Part shown: positions 1-7,075 of the stretch, piece after piece | How positions within the stretch are numbered: the stretch's first letter is position 1 | Layout: each line of letters starts with the position of its first letter | DNA from: Candidatus Micrarchaeia archaeon | GTDB taxonomy: Bacteria > Chloroflexota > Dormibacteria > Aeolococcales > Bog-877 | Assembly: GCA_035533215.1 (NCBI GenBank) | Contig: DATLUG010000010.1 | Location: 44,633 to 108,632, forward strand | DNA: 64,000 nt | Reading direction: 5' to 3' | The notes under the pieces: generated by a model | The model's database searches: none | Told to the model about the DNA's origin: nothing | Seen by the model: the letters and a program-made list of their open reading frames with translations, nothing else | Made by a program: the position numbers and the translations under genes

Positions 1-351
1 CGCACTGGCTACAGCGGCGGCGAGTGGCTCGCGATCCTGGCCATCGCGGTGGTCGCGCCGGCGGCCGAGGAGCTGATCTTCCGGGGCTTCCTGTATGGGA
101 CCTTGCGGCAGCGGATGTCCTGGTGGGCGGCGGCGGCGGTGAGCGGCCTGGCGTTCGCGATCCTGCACGCGGCGTCGGTGGGCGGCTACGTCCTGCTGCT
201 GCTCCCGGCCCTGTTCCTGGCCGGGGTGGTGCTGGCCGCGGTCTACGAGTGGACCCGGTCCCTGGTCCCGGGGATGGTGGTGCACGCGTCCTACAACCTG
301 TTCGCCGTGCTCCTCATCTTCGTCGCCAGCCCCGGCGCGCGCTGTGGCTGA
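1..351 (+). CDS. CPBP (CAAX-type) intramembrane metalloprotease, C-terminal part; 5' end lies outside the window
   Basis: The frame is open from the window edge. Translation carries EELIFRGFLYG (EExxxR), FAILHA (FxxxH) and HASYN (HxxxN) in a hydrophobic context. Confidence 0.75.
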   Translation, partial: RTGYSGGEWLAILAIAVVAPAAEELIFRGFLYGTLRQRMSWWAAAAVSGLAFAILHAASVGGYVLLLLPALFLAGVVLAAVYEWTRSLVPGMVVHASYNLFAVLLIFVASPGARCG

Positions 352-755
352 CCCCGGCCGCCGCGCCCGCCCGCATCTGGGCTCGACGGCCCGGTCCCGG
401 CGCCGGGCGCGCCCGGCGCAGAGATCGCTCCGGCACCGGGCCATGATCGCCACCGCGCGGGAGGCGCGGTCGGCGTGCCCGCCACCCCCCCGGGCCACCG
501 GGGCGGAGCCCATCCGGGGAGGGACCGGCCCTGGAACGGCGGCGCCGGAGGACCCGCCGCTCCGACCATCGTGGCGGAGCGGGGGACCCATCTCGGCGGC
601 GCCGCCCGCCCGAGGGTCCGCCGGCGGATCACCGCCAGCGGCCGCTGACGCCCCCGAGGGCCGCCGGTAGCAGACAATCCTCCCGCCGGCCGGGCCGCCC
701 GGCGGCCAAGGGGTCCGCGGGATCGGGCCCCGGCTCGGACACGGAGGGACGGCCG

Positions 756-1202
756 ATGTTCAAGCGGATCCTGGTCGCGGTCGACGATTCCGATCCCGCC
801 AACCGAGCGGTCGACGCCGCCGAGGACCTGGCGCGCCGGTACGGGGCCCACCTGCGCGTCGTCAACGTCCACCAGCCGATCGCCCTCACCATCGCCGCCG
901 CCGGCTCGATGCCGCTGCCGGGCTTCGTCGACGACACCGACCGCGAGGTGGAGGCCCTGGACCGGTCCCAGGTCGCGGCGATCGTCGATCGGCTCAAGGC
1001 GGCCGGGATCGACGCCGAGGGGACCCTGGTCGTCGAGGGCGGCCCAGTCGGTCAGGCGATCGCCGACGTGGCCAGCCAGACGGCGGCGGACCTGGTGGTC
1101 ACCGGCTCGCGCGGCCGATCCCAGCTCGGCGGCCTGGTGCTCGGCAGCACCGCGTACCAGCTGATCCACCTGGTCCAGTGCCCGGTGCTGGTCGTGCGCT
1201 GA
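756..1202 (+). CDS. Universal stress protein (UspA family)
   Basis: ATG is preceded by GGAGGGA. N-terminus is FKRILVAVDDS; the C-terminal ATP-binding motif is GSRGRSQLGGLVLGSTAYQLIHLVQCPVLVV. Confidence 0.85.
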   Translation: MFKRILVAVDDSDPANRAVDAAEDLARRYGAHLRVVNVHQPIALTIAAAGSMPLPGFVDDTDREVEALDRSQVAAIVDRLKAAGIDAEGTLVVEGGPVGQAIADVASQTAADLVVTGSRGRSQLGGLVLGSTAYQLIHLVQCPVLVVR

Positions 1203-1298
1203 CGCCGGTGACGGCGCGTCCGCTGCCTGTGCCGTGGTGGGGGGCGGCGGCCACCGTCCGGGCCCTGTGGCGCGGCGCTGCCGGTGGCGGCAGTTCGG

Positions 1299-2282
1299 TC
1301 AGGGGCCGCCCGCCCGGCGGGCCTGCTCCCGGTAGTGCTCTCGCCAGATCAGGCGGTAGAGCGGCACCCAGCGGGGGATGTCCCGCAAGCCGGGGATGAA
1401 CGGCGTCAGCAGGAGCAGCGTCGTCAGCAGCCCCATGGTCAGCACCACCAGGAGGTCGGCGTTGCTGGCGGCGCGGTACGGCGGCACCTGGTACCACATG
1501 GTGTACAACCACAGCCACGCCTGACCGGGGTAGCGCCCGGTCTCGTTCATCATTCCCCACTGGCTCCCGAGCAGGTGCTGGGCGTGCGCCAGCGAGGGCA
1601 GGTAGCTGCCGTCGCCGAGGAACAGCAGGGGCCCGGTGTAGTCGGTCTGGAAGAAGTGCCCGCTCTCCAGCAGGAGGCCGTCCAGGCCGCCGCTGCGGGC
1701 GACCGAGAGGAGGCTGCGCATCATCACCGGCAGGGGACCGCTGCCGGTGGCGGACGACGTCACCAGCGCTCCGGCCGCGATCCGTGCCTGCGGGAGCGCC
1801 CTCGCGTAGGCGGCCAGCCAGCGCGCCCGCTCCCGCCGGGTCCCGCGGTGGTAGCGGGCCAGCGCGCGGGCCAGGCTGGGGTCGGAGGCGGCCGCCAGCC
1901 GGAGCGGGTGGAGGACGTCCGCCCGAGCGGCGTCGAGGGGCAGGTGGACGCCGGCCCAGAGCTGGGGGGCCAGCGGTCCCCAGGTCTGCACCGACGCGCC
2001 GGGACCCCTGCCGCCGACATCGAGGGTGTAGGGGGGGCCGTAGTCGGCGCTGATCGTGGTCCCCTGCAGCTCACTGGTGGCGGTCGCGATCAGGTCGAGG
2101 GGGTCGTGCTGGGCCCAGCTCCGCACCGTCACCGGCGGCACGTCGGGCGAGGAGAGCACCGCCGCCAGCACCAGCACCAGGAGCAGGACGGCCGCCAGCG
2201 CCAGGGCCAGCTCCTTGACGAGGTCATACGGGGCCATCCGCACCCCCCGGTGGTAGGCCGCCTGGTCCGGCCGCCGCCGCAT
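1299..2282 (-). CDS. Membrane protein translationally coupled to cytochrome b; possible analogue of the cytochrome b C-terminal domain / subunit IV
   Basis: ATG at 2282 shares one nucleotide with the cytochrome b stop (TGATG). It has an N-terminal TM (LALALAAVLLLVLVLAAVL), a C-terminal TM (LLVVLTMGLLTTLLLLTPFI) and a Trp/Tyr-rich WLWLYTMWYQVPPY segment. The upstream 168 codons of the listed 495-aa ORF are Arg/Gly-rich and overlap cytochrome b, so I excluded them. Confidence 0.6.
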   Translation of the reverse strand: MRRRPDQAAYHRGVRMAPYDLVKELALALAAVLLLVLVLAAVLSSPDVPPVTVRSWAQHDPLDLIATATSELQGTTISADYGPPYTLDVGGRGPGASVQTWGPLAPQLWAGVHLPLDAARADVLHPLRLAAASDPSLARALARYHRGTRRERARWLAAYARALPQARIAAGALVTSSATGSGPLPVMMRSLLSVARSGGLDGLLLESGHFFQTDYTGPLLFLGDGSYLPSLAHAQHLLGSQWGMMNETGRYPGQAWLWLYTMWYQVPPYRAASNADLLVVLTMGLLTTLLLLTPFIPGLRDIPRWVPLYRLIWREHYREQARRAGGP

Positions 2283-2902
2283 CAGCGGGCGCTCGGGTCG
2301 ATCGGCCTGACGATCCCGCGCATCCGGACCTGGACCAGGTGGACGGCCACCAAGGTGGTGACCAGGATCGGCAGCAGCATCACATGGAGCCCGTACATCT
2401 GGCCGAAGTCGAGGACGTTGAAGAACGCCCCCGCGCCGGTGGCGTTGACCCCGTCCTTGGCGTTGATCGCGACCCACTGGGCGGCGAAGTTCTGCTGGGC
2501 CAGGTAGCCGGTGAAGGCGGTCACGATGCTGACCAGGAACACCACCACCCCCACCATCCACGTGGGCGCACGGCCGTCGCGCCAGGTGGCGCCGAAGTAC
2601 TGACCCCACAGGTGCAGGACCATGAACACGAAGAAGAGCTGGACGCCCCAGAAGTGGACGCTGTTGACGACATGGCCCTGGGGCGACACGTGCCACCACT
2701 GGGGCCCGAAGGCGGCCAGCACCACCCCGGAGACGATCACCCACACCAGGGCGGCGATCGCCACCACCCCGAACACGTACACCCATGAGGCCATGTAGGC
2801 CGGCTCCTGGTCGGGGAGGAGATGCTCCAGGGGCAGCTCCCGCTGGATCACCCCGCGCAGGGCCCGGGTCCAGCTCCTCGGCGCGCGCCGCCGGTCAGCC
2901 AT
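2282..2902 (-). CDS. Cytochrome b (b6-like, N-terminal four-helix haem domain only)
   Basis: Two His-x13-His pairs sit in TM helices (HFWGVQLFFVFMVLH and HVMLLPILVTTLVAVH). The 206-aa length matches split b6-type proteins. Confidence 0.85.
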   Translation of the reverse strand: MADRRRAPRSWTRALRGVIQRELPLEHLLPDQEPAYMASWVYVFGVVAIAALVWVIVSGVVLAAFGPQWWHVSPQGHVVNSVHFWGVQLFFVFMVLHLWGQYFGATWRDGRAPTWMVGVVVFLVSIVTAFTGYLAQQNFAAQWVAINAKDGVNATGAGAFFNVLDFGQMYGLHVMLLPILVTTLVAVHLVQVRMRGIVRPIDPSAR

Positions 2903-3062
2903 CGCGGGGCTCCTCGTCGCTCCCTTGCCGTCGACGCCGGCGGCCGGGGAAGGGCAGGACCAGCGCCAGCGCGAAGAGGCCGAGCATGACCGCGATGAGG
3001 ATGAGATTGGGCAGCGAGATGACGACGAAGGCCCAGTGCACGTACGGCGCCGGCTGGTTCAT
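2895..3062 (-). CDS. 55-aa single-pass membrane peptide, first gene of the cytochrome b cassette
   Basis: ATG at 3062 is preceded by AGGAGGA at 7-nt spacing. It has a TM segment (WAFVVISLPNLILIAVMLGLFALALVL) followed by RRRRR. It overlaps the cytochrome b start by 8 nt. Confidence 0.5.
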   Translation of the reverse strand: MNQPAPYVHWAFVVISLPNLILIAVMLGLFALALVLPFPGRRRRRQGSDEEPRDG

Positions 3063-3968
3063 CGACCGGTCCTCCTGGTCGCGGAAGGGGCGACGCGTGC
3101 CCACCGCGGCGGGATCAGGAGCACGCAGAGCCCCGCCCCGGGGGGCAGACGCCCGCCGCCAGGATACGGGCATGGTCCCGCGTTTGGCGGCCGGGCCAGG
3201 GTCGGTGGTCCGGGCGGGCACGCCGGCCCCCGACCCTGGGCACCGGGACCGCGCCCGGGCGATGCGGAGCGACGCACCGCCGACCCCGCCTGGCGCGGGT
3301 GACCGTCGCGCTGGTCACCCGGGGCCGCCGCCCCCGGCCCCGCGACCGAGCGGGCAGCGTGGCGGACCGCGACCACTGCGACGACGACGGGCGGTGACCG
3401 CGACGAGGCCGAGCGACGTGCTGCCGCCCGGCGACGCCAGGGCCCACGGTTCCGACCGGTGATCCGATCGGGTGCACAACGCGCCACCCTCACGCGCGCG
3501 TTGGGGGATTCCGCGGTCGTACCGGTGGCGAGCGGTCGGCGGCCGCCATCGCCGGCACCGCGCTGGCGGTGATGGCCGATGCCGGTCGGTGCGACCCCAT
3601 CCCCGGACCGACCCGTCGTCGACCCGAGAGCAGGCGGTCGGCAGCAGGGCTTCGGCCGAGTCCGCATCGCCGTCCGCCTCGGGTGGGCCGTCGAGGCGTG
3701 GTTCCAGTGGCGGACCGGGTTCGTCGACCACCTCGTCAGCTCCATCGTGGGGGCCCTGCGAGGGCAGCCGGCGTCGGTCCGGGACCGGGTCCGTCTCCGG
3801 ACCACATCGTCGGGATCGACCCCACCGCGTTCGCCGGCGCGGTGGCCTCGATCGAAACGCTGGAGCACCATGCCCAGGGTGGGTGCCGGACGTTCTCCGA
3901 CGGAGAGGCGACGACCGCAGGCCCGGCCAGGACCGCTCCTGCCAGCCACCGGAGGGCGACCTCCCGCC

Positions 3969-4751
3969 CTACCGCTCCCGTCCGAGCACCGCCCTGCCGA
4001 GGAGGGCCGCGACCCCCACCGCCACCACCGCGGTCGTCGCCGCCGCCAGGGCGAAGCTGGTGGGGTCGCCCGCCGGGGGGTTGCCGCCGAGCACCAGCTG
4101 GAAGGCCTCGTCCAGGTAGCTGAAGGGAAGCGCGAGGGCGATCCACGCCCGCGGCCCGGCGGCCGGGATCCCGGTGAAGAGTCCGGCGAGGAAGAGGAGG
4201 GGGGCGAGCAGCACCGCCAGCCCGAGCATGGTCTCCCCGGGGTGGTCGGTGACGGCGGCGAGGGCCAGGCCGAGCGCGTTGGCGATGGCCAGGACCGCGA
4301 GGACCAGCAGCCAGCAGGTGAGCCCGATCAGGGGGGCGGGCTGGCGCCACGCCAGCACCAGCCCGACGACGATCGAGCCCTGCACGGCGTCGACCGCGAA
4401 GGAGGCCAGCAGGAGCTCCACCCCGATGCGCGCCGGCGCCATCGGGAGAACGGCGAGCCGCGCCAGCCAGCCGCCGCCGCGAGCGCGGACGACGGTGACC
4501 CCGGTCCCCACCGCACCGATCAAGGTCACCAGCACGGTGAGGAGCATGGCGGCGAAGAACGGGGGTGCGGAGGTGGCGACGAGGGGGAGGGCCAGCCCGA
4601 GTGGGAAGGCCAGCTTGATCACCAGGGCGCGGCGGCGGGCGAGGGTGGCGAGCAGCTCCAGCCCCACCAGGCGCCGCGGCAGCCAGCGGGGGAGCGGGGC
4701 CCGGGTGCGGCGCACCCGCGGCCTCCCGCCGGCCCGCACCAGCCCTGCCAC
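3969..4751 (-). CDS. ABC-2 type transporter permease
   Basis: 260 aa with about 6 hydrophobic helices. It lies 3 nt downstream of the ABC ATPase gene. Confidence 0.75.
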   Translation of the reverse strand: MAGLVRAGGRPRVRRTRAPLPRWLPRRLVGLELLATLARRRALVIKLAFPLGLALPLVATSAPPFFAAMLLTVLVTLIGAVGTGVTVVRARGGGWLARLAVLPMAPARIGVELLLASFAVDAVQGSIVVGLVLAWRQPAPLIGLTCWLLVLAVLAIANALGLALAAVTDHPGETMLGLAVLLAPLLFLAGLFTGIPAAGPRAWIALALPFSYLDEAFQLVLGGNPPAGDPTSFALAAATTAVVAVGVAALLGRAVLGRER

Positions 4752-4754
4752 GGG

Positions 4755-5708
4755 TCACGCCTCCAGCGGCCGGCCGACCAGCTCGAGGAAGCAGTCGGCG
4801 AGGTCGGGGTCGCGGATCTGGAGGTCCTGGAGGACCCGGTCGGCGTCGCCGAGCGCGCGGACCACGTCGGCCACCAGCCCGTCGCGCCGTCGCGCGGTGA
4901 GGACCACCCCGTCGCGCGTCCGGGCACAGGTGGCGACGCCCGGGAGCCGGCGCAGACGGTCCATCGGCGGCTCACCGCTGCAGCGGAGTCGCAGCTCGCG
5001 CAGCGGCCCCAGCTCGCGGAGCAGGGTCGCCACGGCGGCGTCCCGCACCAATCGCCCCTGGTCCAGGAACCCCACCCGGTCACAGGTGCGCTCGACGAAG
5101 GCGGTGTCGTTGCTGGCCAGCACCACCGCGGTCCCTCGCGCGGCGGACGCCCGCAGCGCGAGGGTCAGCCGCTGCGCGGCGGTGACGTCCAGCCCCACCG
5201 TGGGCTCGTCCAGGAGGAGGAGGTCGGGGTCGGGGCAGAGGGTCTCGGCGAGGAGCAGGCGCCGGCGCATGCCGAAGGAGTAGGTGGCGACCGGGTCGTC
5301 GGCGACCGCGAGGAGGTCCTGGCCGGCGAGGATCGCCTCCAGCTCGGCGCGGGGGTGGTCCCGGCGCCGTCCCTGGCGGGCAGCGAAGAAGGCGAGGTTC
5401 TGGATCCCGGAGGCCTCCTCGACGTGGGCGCTCAGCTCGAAGGCGACCCCGAGCCGCGCCCGCACGCGGGCGGGGCGGGCCTCTCCCCACCAGCGGACCT
5501 TCCCGGCGGTGGGCCGGGTCAGGGTGGCGAGGCAGCGCAGCAGGGTGGACTTGCCCGACCCGTTGGGCCCGAGGAGGGCCACCACCTCCCCGGCGGTCAC
5601 CGCCAGATCGACCGGCCCGGCTCCGCGCCCGTTTCGGAACCGGCGGCAGAGCCCCATCGCCTCCAGGGGGACCGGGCCCGGGGCCGGTGGCGCCGGGCCC
5701 GGATTCAC
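4755..5708 (-). CDS. ABC transporter ATP-binding protein (ABC-2 / DrrA-like, with C-terminal extension)
   Basis: Walker A is GPNGSGKST; the signature/Walker B region is LLLLDEPTVGLD, with Q-loop and H-loop context. Confidence 0.9.
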   Translation of the reverse strand: MNPGPAPPAPGPVPLEAMGLCRRFRNGRGAGPVDLAVTAGEVVALLGPNGSGKSTLLRCLATLTRPTAGKVRWWGEARPARVRARLGVAFELSAHVEEASGIQNLAFFAARQGRRRDHPRAELEAILAGQDLLAVADDPVATYSFGMRRRLLLAETLCPDPDLLLLDEPTVGLDVTAAQRLTLALRASAARGTAVVLASNDTAFVERTCDRVGFLDQGRLVRDAAVATLLRELGPLRELRLRCSGEPPMDRLRRLPGVATCARTRDGVVLTARRRDGLVADVVRALGDADRVLQDLQIRDPDLADCFLELVGRPLEA

Positions 5709-5929
5709 TCCAGGAACTCGATCACCGTGGCGCTGGTGACCTCCACAGTCCCGCTCGGCACGGTGTGCGCCACCTGGAAACCGAGCAGCCGCTCCCCGAC
5801 CTCCACCTGGTGGCCGGGCATCCGACGGCGCACGATCGCGGCGAGGAAGCCCGGGGCGCGCCGGTTGACCCGGCGCAGCACGACCCGCTCCGCGGGATCG
5901 ACCGGGCCCGGCGGAAGCGTGGGAGGCAC
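5705..5929 (-). CDS. Small hypothetical protein (74 aa if GTG 5929 is the start), coupled to the ABC ATPase
   Basis: Its TGA stop overlaps the ATPase ATG (ATGA at 5705-5708). GC3 is high across the frame. The start is uncertain, with an internal ATG 37 codons further in. I recognised no motif. Confidence 0.35.
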   Translation of the reverse strand: MPPTLPPGPVDPAERVVLRRVNRRAPGFLAAIVRRRMPGHQVEVGERLLGFQVAHTVPSGTVEVTSATVIEFLE

Positions 5930-5973
5930 GACCCCGAGTGTACGGATCTCCCCGCGATGCGGTATCGGTGCGG

Positions 5974-5979
5974 CATAGT
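5974..5979 (+). promoter_or_regulatory. Candidate -10 hexamer (CATAGT) for a leaderless transcript of the phosphoesterase gene
   Basis: This AT-rich hexamer in a GC-rich background lies 7 nt upstream of ATG 5987, and there is no SD sequence. Confidence 0.35.
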
Positions 5980-5986
5980 GCTGGCC

Positions 5987-7075
5987 ATGCGCGTGCTCCA
6001 CTGCGCCGACCTCCATCTGGAGCGAGCCTTCCCCGGGATGCCGGCGCCGTGGCCGCAGCGGAGGCGGCAGGCGATCCGCGACGCGCTGCGGCGGATCGTG
6101 GCGCTGGCCGCCGAGCACCGGGTCGACGCGCTCACCATCGCCGGCGACCTCTACGAGGACGATCGGGCCCGCGGCGACACCGGCGCATTCCTGGCGGAGG
6201 CGTTCGCCAGTCTGCCCTGCCCGGTGCTGATCGCGCCCGGCAACCACGACTACTGGCACCCGGGGGGGACGTACGCGCGCCAGTCGTGGCCCGCCAACGT
6301 CCACGTCTTCAGCACGCCCCACCTCCAGGCGGTGGCGGTCGGGGGGACCAGGATCTTCGGGGCGGCCCATGTGCAGCCCAAGGGCTCGGCGAACTTCCTG
6401 GAGCGGGTCCGGATCCCCGACGGCCCGCCAGCGGTGGCGCTCTTCCACGGAGCCGAGGTCGGCCAGCTTCGATTCGAGGACGAGGGCAAGGGCGACCACG
6501 CCCCCTTCGCGGAGGCCGAGATCGAGCGGGCGGGGTTCGCCTACGCCCTCGTCGGCCACTACCACCGGCCCCGGGTGACGCCCCGCCTCTGCTATCCGGG
6601 CAATCCCGAGCCGCTCGCCTTCGGGGAGGCCGGCGGCGCCGGGGCGGCCCTGGTCGACCTCGCCGAGCTCCCGCCCCGGGTGACCATCCACCGGGTGGCG
6701 ACGTTCCAGACCGCAGACGTCACCGTCGACGTCTCCGACTGCACCCACCGCGACGCGGTCGTCGAGCGGGTCCGCCAGGCCCTGCCCGACGGGGACCGGA
6801 CCGCGGTCCGGGTGCGGTGCACCGGCGAGCTGCCGCCCACGGTCGTGGTGTCCGCCCGCCAGGTGGCGTCGGCACTGGAGCACCAGCGCTGCGTGGCGAT
6901 CGACTGGGCCGTCCGACCCACCCTGGACCTCGCCGACCTCCTCAACGCCCCCGACGTCCGCGGTGAGTTCGTGCGCGCCCTCCACGACCGCCCCGACGCC
7001 GACAGCCCGCTGGTGCAGCGGGCCCTGGTCGCCGGCCTGCGCGCCCTCGCCGGCGAGGATCCCGGCCTTCGATGA
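5987..7075 (+). CDS. Mre11/SbcD-like DNA repair exonuclease (calcineurin-type metallophosphoesterase)
   Basis: Motifs are HCADLHLE, AGDLYED, PGNHDYW and GHYHRP, in the canonical order. Confidence 0.85.
   Translation: MRVLHCADLHLERAFPGMPAPWPQRRRQAIRDALRRIVALAAEHRVDALTIAGDLYEDDRARGDTGAFLAEAFASLPCPVLIAPGNHDYWHPGGTYARQSWPANVHVFSTPHLQAVAVGGTRIFGAAHVQPKGSANFLERVRIPDGPPAVALFHGAEVGQLRFEDEGKGDHAPFAEAEIERAGFAYALVGHYHRPRVTPRLCYPGNPEPLAFGEAGGAGAALVDLAELPPRVTIHRVATFQTADVTVDVSDCTHRDAVVERVRQALPDGDRTAVRVRCTGELPPTVVVSARQVASALEHQRCVAIDWAVRPTLDLADLLNAPDVRGEFVRALHDRPDADSPLVQRALVAGLRALAGEDPGLR

Noticed and set aside
3579-5978. A 799-aa plus-strand ORF spanning the ABC-2 operon region.
   Set aside because: The product is Arg/Gly/Pro/His/Glu-rich and low in complexity. 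It lies antisense to two genes with clear ABC motifs. This is the typical shadow ORF of a high-GC genome.
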